64,000 nucleotides of DNA from an uncultured bacterium. GTDB lineage: Bacteria > Fermentibacterota > Fermentibacteria > Fermentibacterales > Fermentibacteraceae. Below, piece after piece: positions 1-9,332 of this stretch. The position numbers and the translations under genes were made by a program. Numbering within the stretch: position 1 is the stretch's first letter; the number at the start of each line of letters is the position of its first letter. The stretch covers positions 25,952 to 89,951 of the forward strand of contig CAZMTK010000002.1 of NCBI GenBank assembly GCA_964569245.1, read 5' to 3'. A model generated the notes under the pieces. That model did no database searches and had not been told where the DNA came from. It was given only the letters and a program-made list of their open reading frames with translations.

Positions 1-85
1 TGCGGGCCGAGGTTGCTACCAGCCATGCCAGGGACGCTCCTGCCAGGAGGACGCCGGTTGCGGCGGTCGCCCTCCTCGCCTTCAA
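1..85 (-). CDS. N-terminus of a putative exported/membrane protein running off the window edge
   Basis: TTG at 83-85 overlaps the TGA (82-84) of the upstream ORF; reads MKARRATAATGVLLAGASLAWLVATSAR, which is signal-peptide-like. Confidence 0.45.
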   Translation of the reverse strand, partial: MKARRATAATGVLLAGASLAWLVATSAR

Positions 86-453
86 TCCCTGCACCCGGCG
101 GTTCTGCGGATCAGGCTGGAGACAACGGCGCGGACCTCCAACGCGAGCGCCACGGGGCTGAGGGCCGAGAGTGCAGCCAGCGAGGCGCCGCGCAGATCGC
201 AGTCGCCCAGAAGCAGAGCGGCCAGGAGCAGCCGGTCTCCTGCGGGCAGAACACCGAGCTTCACAGAAGAAAGCACGTCCAGGGCAGGCTTGTCCATCCG
301 CGCCCTGTGGAGCCGTCTCGCGAGTTTCCGAGCGGATAGAGGCCGACCGTCACCCGACCGCCACTCCTCCCGCATTCTCCTGAGGGTTTCCATCTCCTGC
401 CGTGCTCTCGAAGCGGATCCGGCATCCGCTCCTGGGCGGCCGGGATCAGTCAA
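82..453 (-). CDS. hypothetical protein
   Basis: Part of ORF 82..486; likely TTG start at 451-453 next to the upstream stop (TTGACTGA); helical Leu/Ala-rich sequence, no recognised motif. Confidence 0.5.
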   Translation of the reverse strand: MTDPGRPGADAGSASRARQEMETLRRMREEWRSGDGRPLSARKLARRLHRARMDKPALDVLSSVKLGVLPAGDRLLLAALLLGDCDLRGASLAALSALSPVALALEVRAVVSSLIRRTAGCRD

Positions 454-880
454 GGACCTTGACCCTGCCCCCGCTGGGGCGGGCATCCTTGAAGCCTGCC
501 CTGTCCCTGACGAAACCTATGAAATGAGGCAGGCAGGCAACGTCGATGATCGAATCGAGCAGCCTGGGCGAGGATACTCCTCCTCCCAGGAAAGCTTCGA
601 CCAGCCTCTCCTCCAGCAGGCTTCTCCTCTTCTCCTCGGATTCCGCAGAATCCCTCCTCCAGCGATCCGGATCGTGGAGACGGAGGAGGAGTCTCCTGGC
701 CTCCCGCTCCTCGTCCGTCAGCGAGCACGCGAGGGACCAGGCGTCCTGAGTGCATACCAGCTGGAAGAGCTGGTGCCCCAGCAGAGTGAGGTCGATGACA
801 TCCCTGTCGTGGAGGTTTGCAAGGCCCTCGAGCCTCTTGACCAGCTTGTTCACCAGCTTCTGGCGCGTAGATTCATCCAT
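446..880 (-). CDS. hypothetical protein
   Basis: Part of ORF 446..928; MDESTRQK start overlaps the hflX stop (ATGGATGA); no recognised motif. Confidence 0.6.
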   Translation of the reverse strand: MDESTRQKLVNKLVKRLEGLANLHDRDVIDLTLLGHQLFQLVCTQDAWSLACSLTDEEREARRLLLRLHDPDRWRRDSAESEEKRRSLLEERLVEAFLGGGVSSPRLLDSIIDVACLPHFIGFVRDRAGFKDARPSGGRVKVLD

Positions 881-2204
881 CGGATGCTCCGGAGGTCTCC
901 GCCGCCAACCCGGACGGCGGGCCGTCAATGGCCTCGAGACGCCAGGGGAAGCTTTCCCGCTCCATCCTGGTCCTCACGGCGTCGCGCCCCCTGTACGCCC
1001 CGGCGACTATCCTGGTAGAGCCGCCAAGGACGGTCCTGCACCGAACCGAGCAGTTCTCGAACAGCCAGTTCAGCGCCGACCCTCCGGGCTTCTCCATCCA
1101 GAGGTCGAACCATTCCAGAACGGAGTCCCTTGCCCCTCTTATTATATGAACCAGGGAGTCTATGCCGATCCCCCCCAGGGCGCTCACAGCCAGGCCCTCG
1201 ACGGGAGTCTCGACCGCCAGATCGGCCTTGTTCCAAACCGTGACCCGCGGGATTCCCCCTGCACCGAGGTCTTCCAGGGTTCTCCTTACGGATTCCATCT
1301 GCTCGAGCCTCCATGGGCTGGAGAGATCACCCACGAGAAGCAGCAGATCCGCCTCCCTCACGACGGCGAGGGTGCTTCGAAAGCTTGCCACAAGCTGCTC
1401 CGGGAGGCGGTCGATGAATCCTACCGTGTCGGAGAGCACGACTGTGCCTCCAGGGAAGTCCCCCAGCTTGCGGGTAGTCGTGTCCAGCGTCGCAAAGAGT
1501 TTGTTCTCCACCCGTACGCCTGCGCCGCACAGAGCGTTCATGAGCGTGCTCTTGCCTACGTTCGTGTACCCGGTGAGCACGACCCTGTAGATGTCCCGCC
1601 TGCGCTCGTCCCTCAGTGCGCGCCGTTCCTCGATGTGCTGCATGCGGTCCTCCAGTGCCGCGATGCGCCTTCTCGCCCTGCGCCGGTCCACCTCGAGCTG
1701 CGTCTCACCGGGGCCTCTCGTTCCTATGCCGCCTCCCAGCCTGGACAGGTGATGCCACATGCCGGACAGTCTCGGAAGGGCGTACCTGAGCTGGGCCAGC
1801 TCGATCTGGAGCTTCGCCTCGGCAGTCCTGGCGTGATCGGCGAAAATGGTCATGATCAGCTCGGTCCGGTCTATGACCTTGCAGCCGGTGGCCTCCTCGA
1901 GCCGGGCAACCTGGCCTGGAGTAAGGTTGTGATCGAAAACAAGCGTGGCGGCTCCAGCGGAAGCCGCCGCCCTCTTCAGTTCTTCGACCTTGCCGGAGCC
2001 TACGAAAGTGGCGGGGTCGGGGGAGGTCCGATGCTGCGAGAGGCTGGCTGCCACTTCGCCTCCCGCGCTCGCCACGAGAGATTTCATCTCGTCGGCCGCA
2101 CCGGGTGCGGAACTCTCCGGCCCGATGCTCACGAGCACCGTTATGACTCTCTCTCTGCCGTTGGAGAAGGGTGAGACCCTTCCTCTCAGAGCGGGATTCG
2201 CCAA
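873..2204 (-). CDS. hflX: GTPase HflX
   Basis: KVIDRTELIMTIFADHART, GGGIGTRGPGETQLE, G1 GYTNVGKST, LFATLDTT, DTVGF, NKAD. Confidence 0.96.
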   Translation of the reverse strand: MANPALRGRVSPFSNGRERVITVLVSIGPESSAPGAADEMKSLVASAGGEVAASLSQHRTSPDPATFVGSGKVEELKRAAASAGAATLVFDHNLTPGQVARLEEATGCKVIDRTELIMTIFADHARTAEAKLQIELAQLRYALPRLSGMWHHLSRLGGGIGTRGPGETQLEVDRRRARRRIAALEDRMQHIEERRALRDERRRDIYRVVLTGYTNVGKSTLMNALCGAGVRVENKLFATLDTTTRKLGDFPGGTVVLSDTVGFIDRLPEQLVASFRSTLAVVREADLLLLVGDLSSPWRLEQMESVRRTLEDLGAGGIPRVTVWNKADLAVETPVEGLAVSALGGIGIDSLVHIIRGARDSVLEWFDLWMEKPGGSALNWLFENCSVRCRTVLGGSTRIVAGAYRGRDAVRTRMERESFPWRLEAIDGPPSGLAAETSGASDG

Positions 2205-2214
2205 CTATTCCCCG

Positions 2215-2709
2215 TCAGACATCCGGTCGGACGCCCGCCCTTCGCTCTACGAGCCTCCTGGCGGTGGTCACGTCCATCTTCTTGACGAGGGCCACCTCGC
2301 CGGCAAGCACGCCTATCGCCTCGGAGAGCACCCGCTTCTCGGAGGGATTGACCTTGCTGTGGCCTGCCCGCGCGACTATGTCGCGGACGGCCGTGGCGAC
2401 CATGCGTGGATCGCCCGAGTGAACCCTCTCCCTGAGGTTCTCGATGCGTCTTCGCCAGTCGCCTGGAAGCTCACGGGGCTTGTCGGCGAGCATTCCCAGG
2501 GCTGCATCGAGCGTGCTCTCGTCGACTATGTGCCTAAGCCCGGTATCCTCCAGCGAGTCGACGGGGAGCAGCACCCCGGCATTGCCCACCATCAGGTCGA
2601 CGACTATGCACTCGGTGCATTCGCCGGAGATGTTTTTCACCGAGATCTCGCTGATCGTCCCCGCTCCGTGTATCGGATGGACGACCATGTCGCTCACGAG
2701 AAAACGCAT
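2215..2709 (-). CDS. carD: CarD family RNA polymerase-binding transcription factor
   Basis: VVHPIHGAGTI N-terminal motif, conserved Trp (LPGDWRRR), RERVHSGDP; ATG at 2707-2709 with AGGAGG upstream. Confidence 0.9.
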   Translation of the reverse strand: MRFLVSDMVVHPIHGAGTISEISVKNISGECTECIVVDLMVGNAGVLLPVDSLEDTGLRHIVDESTLDAALGMLADKPRELPGDWRRRIENLRERVHSGDPRMVATAVRDIVARAGHSKVNPSEKRVLSEAIGVLAGEVALVKKMDVTTARRLVERRAGVRPDV

Positions 2710-2753
2710 TCGACGATCCTCCTGTCGCACTTTCACGGCGGTCTCCGAGGACT

Positions 2754-4406
2754 TCAAGGCGTGACGCTGGGCTGGCCGAGGACGACCCAGATGTCAGGCA
2801 GAGGAACCTCGGCCGGGGGGCCCGCAACACCCCGCGGCAGCGCCTGGAACGCAGATCTGATGACACCCTCCAGCTCCGCCATGACCGGCACCTCCCGTCT
2901 GTACAGAAACAAGGTGGACTGGGCCGTGGCGGGAATCCCCAGTTCCTCGTTCGGCTCCCTGTCTCCGTCTCTGACGTCAACCACCTCGAGGAGGTGCTCG
3001 GTTCCGCCGAGGATGACGCTTCTGGCGTCCAGCGCACCGGCGAACCACGCCGCGGGGCCCTGGCCGTTCAGCAGATACCGAAGACCTTGGTTTACTACGT
3101 CCACCCTTATCGTGTCCGTCGGCGAAGCCGGTTCCAGTAATATGCCACTATTCAGGCCGGGATAGGAGAGGTCCGTTCCCAGGATCACCGTCATGTCGAC
3201 GGGGACGATCTCGAGCGAGGTGTCGGCGGATGCGAGCACAGAAGCGGACTGCCAGTGCCTCTGCTCCTCCGGTGCGAGTCCTGGCACGGTGTTCCTGAGC
3301 AGGAGTATGGACGAGCGTCTAACCCCCGACCCTGAAGAGGGATAAACATTTGCGAAGTCCCTGGCCGCCTGTGAGCGGAAGTCCCCGGCCCTGCCCGAGA
3401 CACCGGTACAGTTGCTCACCCATACAACGGTCTCCGAAGGGGCGGCGTAGGTGAATGCAGTATCGGATCTTGCAGTATCCGGGGGCAGCGGGGGAATCGA
3501 GTCCGCGACAGGGCGGCCGATGGAGTCCGGATTCGGAGCAGGCGCCCCGCCTCCTCCGTCAGGGCCGAATATGATGAATGCCGCCGTCGCCACAGCCAGG
3601 AGGGCGATGACGAGGATGGGAAGCAGCAGACCCCTGCCGCGGCCTCGTTTCGCAGCCGGGGGAACAGGACCGGAACGGATTGACTCCCCGGGGGAATGGC
3701 CTTCGCCGATCACGGGCGGAGGCGGGCTCGATTCCCTCAGCTCCTGCACCAGGGCGGCGAGGTTGGGGTGCCTGTCCTCGACACGGGCCGCGGTCATTCT
3801 TGAGACGAGCCTGCGGAATGGTTCCGAGAGGGAACCCCAGCAGTCGAGCTGCGCCTCCTTCGAGACATCCCCGGCAACAGCCCTGAACATCAGGACACCG
3901 AGGGCGTAGACGTCGCTCCTAGGATCGCTGGAGGGTGAAGAAACCGCCTCGGGCGCCGAGAACGGCCCCTGAGGGACCCCCCTGCCGGTCGCAAGGAGCG
4001 CCACCGATCCATCTGAGCCCAGATGGACGGACTCGGGGCCGATGTAGCCGAGGGTCATCCCGCGCAGATGCAGCCCTCTGATCACCGCTGCGAGCGACAG
4101 TGCGAGCTGCTTCGCCTGGTCCTCGGTGCAGGGCTTGCGCCTGATCCTCTCGAGGAGCGTCTCGCCAGGCGGTTCCCTGAAGAAGACGAGCCTGGTGTCG
4201 GCATCCGGACGGGTTTCTCGCGCTCGCCTGATCACGCCGTTCGCCGTCGGCCAGACGACGGCGGAGCGGGCCTGTTCTCCCGACCTGCCGATGACCTCCA
4301 CAAGGTAGAGGGTGCCCCGCTCTTCCAGCCGGGCAAGACCGTAGCCCTCCTCCTCGAAGATCCGGGACTTCACCCTGCCCAGCCCGGAGAAGAGGTCAGA
4401 GGCCAT
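2754..4406 (-). CDS. membrane protein: degenerate Ser/Thr kinase-like domain, TM helix, LytR C-terminal-like domains
   Basis: Kinase C-lobe motifs FSAPE and [10 protein letters not shown]; [24 protein letters not shown]; [14 protein letters not shown]...MTVILGTD resembles LytR_C. Confidence 0.7.
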   Translation of the reverse strand: MASDLFSGLGRVKSRIFEEEGYGLARLEERGTLYLVEVIGRSGEQARSAVVWPTANGVIRRARETRPDADTRLVFFREPPGETLLERIRRKPCTEDQAKQLALSLAAVIRGLHLRGMTLGYIGPESVHLGSDGSVALLATGRGVPQGPFSAPEAVSSPSSDPRSDVYALGVLMFRAVAGDVSKEAQLDCWGSLSEPFRRLVSRMTAARVEDRHPNLAALVQELRESSPPPPVIGEGHSPGESIRSGPVPPAAKRGRGRGLLLPILVIALLAVATAAFIIFGPDGGGGAPAPNPDSIGRPVADSIPPLPPDTARSDTAFTYAAPSETVVWVSNCTGVSGRAGDFRSQAARDFANVYPSSGSGVRRSSILLLRNTVPGLAPEEQRHWQSASVLASADTSLEIVPVDMTVILGTDLSYPGLNSGILLEPASPTDTIRVDVVNQGLRYLLNGQGPAAWFAGALDARSVILGGTEHLLEVVDVRDGDREPNEELGIPATAQSTLFLYRREVPVMAELEGVIRSAFQALPRGVAGPPAEVPLPDIWVVLGQPSVTP

Positions 4407-5871
4407 CGGACTCCATCGAGTAGTTGGGGGCCTCCTTGGTTATCATTACATCGTGTGCGTGGCTCTCTCGGAGTCCGGCGGAGGTAGTCCTGACGAACCT
4501 GGCCTTGCTGGGGAGCTCGGATACGGTTGCGGCGCCGACGTAGCCCATCCCCGCCCTGAGGCCTCCGGTGAGCTGAAAGACGAAGTCCTTGAGCGGACCC
4601 TTGAAGGGGACCATGCCCTCGATGCCTTCAGGCACCAGCTTCCTTTCCCCGGAGGGATCCTGGAAGTACCTGTCCGCACTGCCGTCGCGCATGGCGCCGA
4701 TGGATCCCATGCCTCTGTAGACCTTGAACTTGCGCCCCTTGTAGATGACGGTCTCTCCCGGGCTCTCGGAAGTCCCGGCGAAGAGTCCTCCGAGCATGGT
4801 GCAGCTCGCACCGGCAGCCAGCGCCTTGACTATGTCCCCTGAATACTTGATCCCTCCGTCGGCGATGACATGGCCGCCGAAGGCAGAAGCAGCTCTGGAG
4901 CATTCGATGATAGCCGACACCTGGGGACAGCCCACCCCGGCCACGACTCTCGTCGTGCAAATGGAGCCTGGACCCACCCCCACCTTCACGGAGTCGACTC
5001 CCGCCTCGAAGAGATCCCTCACTGCGTCAGCGGTCACGACGTTCCCCGCCACCATGGGAATGTCGGGGAACATCGAGCGGTACAGCCTCACAGCCTCGAT
5101 GACCCTGCTGGAGTGACCGTGTGCGGTATCCACGAAGAGACAGTCCACCCCGGCCTCCACAAGCGCCGAGACCCTTGCGGCCCCCTCCCTGCCCACTCCG
5201 ACGGCGGCGCCCACCCTGAGACTGCCTCTCGCGTCCTTGCAGGCTTCCGGGTAGGCTATAGCCTTGTGAACGTCCTTGACGGTGATCAGGCCCATAAGCC
5301 TGCCGTGCTCGTCCACCAGCGGCAGCTTCTCGAGCCTGTGCCTCCGGAGAAGCTCGAGAGCCGCCTCGAGCTCGGTTCCCTGAGGGGCGGTCACGAGCCT
5401 ATCCAGCGGGGTCATCAGCTCTCTGACCGGCCTCCCGCGATCCTCCTCGAACTGGTAGTCCCTGTTGGTGAGCATGCCCGCGAGCCTGCCGTCCTCGACG
5501 ACAGGGAATCCCGAAACCCCGTGCCTGGCGGCCAGCACCAGCGCATCGCCGACGGTGGCATCGCTGGCGAGTGTCACCGGGTCCACCACGACGCCGCTTT
5601 CCGCCCGCTTGACGCGTCTCACGTGCTCGCACTGGAGCTCGATGGAGAGATTCTTGTGGATCACCCCCATCCCGCCCTCCTGGGCAAGCGCTATGGCTAG
5701 CTCTGCCTCGGTGACTGTGTCCATGGCAGCGCTCAGGATGGGTATCCCAAGCACTATATCGCGGGCGAGGACAGTCGAGAGGTCGACCTCCGATGGGAGG
5801 ACATCGGATCGTCCGGGGAGGAGCAGAACGTCGTCGAAGGTGTAGCACTCTGTCCAGCTGGCCGGGTCCAT
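4396..5871 (-). CDS. guaB: IMP dehydrogenase
   Basis: [21 protein letters not shown] pair, catalytic [28 protein letters not shown]; start trimmed to MDPASW (5871). Confidence 0.98.
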   Translation of the reverse strand: MDPASWTECYTFDDVLLLPGRSDVLPSEVDLSTVLARDIVLGIPILSAAMDTVTEAELAIALAQEGGMGVIHKNLSIELQCEHVRRVKRAESGVVVDPVTLASDATVGDALVLAARHGVSGFPVVEDGRLAGMLTNRDYQFEEDRGRPVRELMTPLDRLVTAPQGTELEAALELLRRHRLEKLPLVDEHGRLMGLITVKDVHKAIAYPEACKDARGSLRVGAAVGVGREGAARVSALVEAGVDCLFVDTAHGHSSRVIEAVRLYRSMFPDIPMVAGNVVTADAVRDLFEAGVDSVKVGVGPGSICTTRVVAGVGCPQVSAIIECSRAASAFGGHVIADGGIKYSGDIVKALAAGASCTMLGGLFAGTSESPGETVIYKGRKFKVYRGMGSIGAMRDGSADRYFQDPSGERKLVPEGIEGMVPFKGPLKDFVFQLTGGLRAGMGYVGAATVSELPSKARFVRTTSAGLRESHAHDVMITKEAPNYSMESDGL

Positions 5872-5897
5872 GAAACCCTCCGCAGGGTGCCCTGTGG

Positions 5898-6251
5898 TCA
5901 ATCCGCCCAGTAGATTATCCGTCCGCAGGTCGGGCAGGTGCGAACCTGCTCGTTGCGGTCGTCGGCGGAGGAGACAGCGGTCGGGAGTCGCGTGAAGCAG
6001 CCGCTGCAGCGCTGCATGATCACGGGGACCACGGCGTTGTCGTACCTTGCGGTGATCTGTGCATAAAGAGAGATCCACCGCTTTCGAATGGTCGAGGCGA
6101 GCTGCTCTCTCATGGTCTTCAGTTCGGTCAGCGCAACTTCGGGAGAGAGCCCGAGCCTCACCTCCTGCTGCAGGATGTCGGTCCTGCCTAGGTCGAGGAT
6201 CATGATGTCCAGATCGTGAAGGCTGATGAGTTTCTCAAGGTCCTGGTTCAT
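5898..6251 (-). CDS. C4 zinc-ribbon protein (zf-RING_7/DUF164-like), short form
   Basis: LxxLxxLD N-terminus; CSGCFTRLP...CPTCGRIIY. Confidence 0.82.
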   Translation of the reverse strand: MNQDLEKLISLHDLDIMILDLGRTDILQQEVRLGLSPEVALTELKTMREQLASTIRKRWISLYAQITARYDNAVVPVIMQRCSGCFTRLPTAVSSADDRNEQVRTCPTCGRIIYWAD

Positions 6252-6690
6252 CTGCCCCGCTCCCTGCCAGCTTGAAGCCGAGCATCCTGGCGAGTTCCTC
6301 CTGGGATTTGGCGTTGAAGAGCTTCTGTCCGCTCTCGCCGATCTTCGTCGCGAGGTGCTTTATCAGCTCCATGTGCTCCTGCGGACCACTGGGCTTCACC
6401 GGCGAGACGAATAGCACTATCAGCCTCGCCGGCTCGTCGGGCCAGGGCACGCCCTTCCTCGACCTTCCCAGTATCACGAGGAAATCCTCGACCAGGAAGC
6501 TTCTGCAGTGAGGCATGGAGATGCCCGGGGAGATCAGCGTGGCCCCCGCGTGCTCCCTGGCTTCCAGCGCCCTGAGGAGAAGCTCGCGGGTGTGCTCCCC
6601 GAGACCGGCGTCGGAACAGAGCAGCTCGGCCATGGCAGCCGAGCGGTCCGTTGACTGGACGTCCCACAGGCAGTAGCATGACCTGTTCAA
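6235..6690 (-). CDS. PTS IIA domain protein (PtsN/fructose-mannitol IIA-like)
   Basis: LEAREHAGATLISPGISMPHCRS matches the IIA phospho-His motif (GIAIPH type); TTG start at 6688-6690 preceded by AAGGAG. Confidence 0.85.
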   Translation of the reverse strand: MNRSCYCLWDVQSTDRSAAMAELLCSDAGLGEHTRELLLRALEAREHAGATLISPGISMPHCRSFLVEDFLVILGRSRKGVPWPDEPARLIVLFVSPVKPSGPQEHMELIKHLATKIGESGQKLFNAKSQEELARMLGFKLAGSGADEPGP

Positions 6691-6718
6691 GTGATTCTCC
6701 TTTATCGAGATGGGGTAC

Positions 6719-6746
6719 AATATAGAATTCCGAGGGGGTGTTGCAA
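6719..6746 (-). promoter_or_regulatory. sigma70-like promoter for the PTS IIA-guaB-hflX run
   Basis: Minus strand TTGCAA-N16-TATATT in an AT-richer divergent intergenic region, about 30 nt above the start. Confidence 0.55.
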
Positions 6747-6783
6747 GTCTTGACGACGCTTCGAGAGACCCTGCCGGTGCAGC

Positions 6784-9321
6784 ATGACAGACAGTAACAT
6801 GAGCGGGGGGGGGCCTGTCCAGTTCCCTCCTGGAGAGGCCCTGGTTCTTCACAGGAAGGGCGGAGGCGAGGACCATACCGCCGCCATGGAGGATCTCCTT
6901 GCGGGCTCCTCCATGACTCCTGGCGACTTCGTCGTTCCGAGGGGGACGTGGCCCGTCTGCATCGGACGCTCGTGCGTCATCGCCACCTCGCTGGAGACCG
7001 GCGAAGGGACTCTAGTCCATGCCTCGGCGGCTGGAGCCGGCGAGCTTGGCGCGCTCCTGGACGCTGCAGCCGGCCCCGATCCGGTGCTGCTGCTCGATCC
7101 TGGCGGAACAATCCTGGCTGCTTCGAAGGCTGCAGAGGCCCTTCTCGGTGAAGTGGCCGGGCTGCCGTCAGGCAGCGTACTGTGCTCGGGTTCGGCCCCG
7201 CTCTTCCATGTCGCGCTGGCCGACTGCCGCTCCGGCGGCGAGCAGGCGCCGTTCAACGTCGAGCTCCGCGGACGCGCCGGCCCAGTGACTGCGGTGGCCT
7301 CACTGCGCCTCCTGCCTGTTCCAGGAGGGGCGGTGACCGCAAGGTTCACTCCCCCGTCCCTCAGTCTGGCCGGCTTCTCTCCGGCCGAATCCAGCTTCAT
7401 CGAGACCATGTTCCGCAGCCTCCCCGTGCCCGCTCTCCTGATAGACCGCGACGGCAGGATCTCGAGGGCGAACGACACTGCTGTCAGAACCCTGGCGCAG
7501 ATGGGCTCTCCCGATCCCACGGGCACGATGTTCCTCGAATGGATAGCTCCGCAGGAGCGCGAGAACGTCGAGTCCATGCACAGGAAGAGGAGCGAGGGAG
7601 GCTACGCGCCCGGAACCTATGAGACCCGCCTGCAGTCCGACCGGGGCTTCACGCTGGCGGTCGAGGTCACGGCACTGAAGCTGCCGGAGGGATCGGAAAC
7701 GCTTGTCATAGTCATCCCCTTCGAGGGCATCGCGGGCCGGACTCCCGAGCGATCCGGCCTCGTCGGAGGCATGCTCGCTGCCCTGGGAGGAGCGGAGGGC
7801 GCCGAGCCGCGAAGGATGGTTCTCGAATTCATCAAGGCGGGAACCGGGGCGCGCGGAGTAGCTCTGTGGGCCGGAGGCGCCACGACCACGGCCGGGGAGG
7901 TTCCAGCCGGGATGAGGGACCTCGCGGTACCCAACCCGCCCAAGGACGAGGCGGGCGAGGTCTGGTCGCGCACGGATGACGGATTGTTCGACGTCACGAT
8001 AGGTGCGAGGCTGCGGACCGGACCCTCGAGGCTCTCTCTCTTCGGCGTCCAGCAGGCGGCTCAGGACAGCCTGTCGAGGCTCGTTCTCGGTCTCGCCCCC
8101 CTTCTGGCGGACTATGCGGAGGCTCTGGCCTCTCTGCAGAAGATCACGCAGACCTTCAGCCATGTCGTGGAGACCTGGGAGATACTCCAGGAGGAGAGTC
8201 CGGGGCTCGACAGGTTCCTCGACAAGGTCGCAGCCTCGACCGGGTCGAGCCAGGTATTCGTCTGGAGCGGACTGGACAGCGAGGGAAGCCTCGCTCCTCT
8301 CGCGACGACAGGTACAACTCGCATGCCCGATCCCCTGGGAGTGCATTCCGAGACCTCGGCCGGCTGGGCCTATGCCCACAACGAGTCCGTCTATGTAGCG
8401 GACACGCTGAGGGACAGCAGGTTCAGCCCGGTGACGCCTGAATCGCGCAGCGAACTGGCCGTGCCGCTCATGCGGAAGGGAAGAGCCCAGGGTGTGATGA
8501 TCGCCATCAGCCCCTCCCCGGGCGCGTTCGCGAATCCTGTCCCGATGCTGATGCGCCTCTACGCCATCGCACTGTCCTTCTGGCTCTATCCGGAGAGCCA
8601 CCAGATCAAGGGAAGAACCGCTGGCGAGGACAGGATCCCCGCCTCGACAGACGCCGAGGACATCCTCCTGGGCGTCGCCCACAGGATGAGGGCTCCGACA
8701 GCCGCGGTGACCGGGTTCTCGGAGCTCCTGCTCTCGGGCGGCCTGGGCGAGCTGCCGTCGGAGGCCGCGGAGGCGGTGCGCTCGCTGGCCAGAGCCGCAG
8801 AATCCCTGTCGCGGCAGTCCGACAGACTGCTGTCTCTCGTGAGGCTGGAGCTGACCCAGCAGCGCCGTGAGTCGGCATGGGGAAGGCCCAGAGAGGTCGT
8901 CGAGGCGATGCTCCCGACGCTCAAGGCCATGGCCTCCTCCGCAGGGCTCGCCTTCGGGGCGGTGATGGAGGGCGAGCCGTTCACCGCGATGTTCGACAGG
9001 GAGAAGCTCGAGGAGATCGTCTACCAGCTGGTGGACAACGCCGTCAGGTTCAACAGGCCTGACGGCTCGATCACACTCAGGCTTAGGCCGGAGGGAAACG
9101 CCTGGATCCTGGAGGTGGAGGACACGGGCACAGGCATCCCTTCGAGGTCGCTGCCCTTCGTTTTCGACCGCTTCTTCAGGTCCAGAGACGACGGTTCGGG
9201 CCTGGGCATAGGGCTCACCATCGTCAAGCGACTCGTGGAGCGGCTCGGCGGGACCATCTCCGTGTTCAGCAGGGAGGGAAGAGGCACCCGCTTCTCTTTG
9301 AGGTTCCCGGTAGGGGGCTGA
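6784..9321 (+). CDS. PAS/GAF sensor histidine kinase (orphan)
   Basis: PAS-like (ALLIDRDGRISRAN), GAF-like (SELAVPL), H-box AHRMRAP, N-box QLVDNAVRF, DTGTGI, FDRFF, GLGIGL. Confidence 0.88.
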   Translation: MTDSNMSGGGPVQFPPGEALVLHRKGGGEDHTAAMEDLLAGSSMTPGDFVVPRGTWPVCIGRSCVIATSLETGEGTLVHASAAGAGELGALLDAAAGPDPVLLLDPGGTILAASKAAEALLGEVAGLPSGSVLCSGSAPLFHVALADCRSGGEQAPFNVELRGRAGPVTAVASLRLLPVPGGAVTARFTPPSLSLAGFSPAESSFIETMFRSLPVPALLIDRDGRISRANDTAVRTLAQMGSPDPTGTMFLEWIAPQERENVESMHRKRSEGGYAPGTYETRLQSDRGFTLAVEVTALKLPEGSETLVIVIPFEGIAGRTPERSGLVGGMLAALGGAEGAEPRRMVLEFIKAGTGARGVALWAGGATTTAGEVPAGMRDLAVPNPPKDEAGEVWSRTDDGLFDVTIGARLRTGPSRLSLFGVQQAAQDSLSRLVLGLAPLLADYAEALASLQKITQTFSHVVETWEILQEESPGLDRFLDKVAASTGSSQVFVWSGLDSEGSLAPLATTGTTRMPDPLGVHSETSAGWAYAHNESVYVADTLRDSRFSPVTPESRSELAVPLMRKGRAQGVMIAISPSPGAFANPVPMLMRLYAIALSFWLYPESHQIKGRTAGEDRIPASTDAEDILLGVAHRMRAPTAAVTGFSELLLSGGLGELPSEAAEAVRSLARAAESLSRQSDRLLSLVRLELTQQRRESAWGRPREVVEAMLPTLKAMASSAGLAFGAVMEGEPFTAMFDREKLEEIVYQLVDNAVRFNRPDGSITLRLRPEGNAWILEVEDTGTGIPSRSLPFVFDRFFRSRDDGSGLGIGLTIVKRLVERLGGTISVFSREGRGTRFSLRFPVGG

Positions 9322-9332
9322 AAGAGCCCGGC

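Noticed and set aside
82-928. Frameshifted single gene or pseudogene
   Set aside because: The junction looks like ordinary start/stop coupling; no homology evidence for a split
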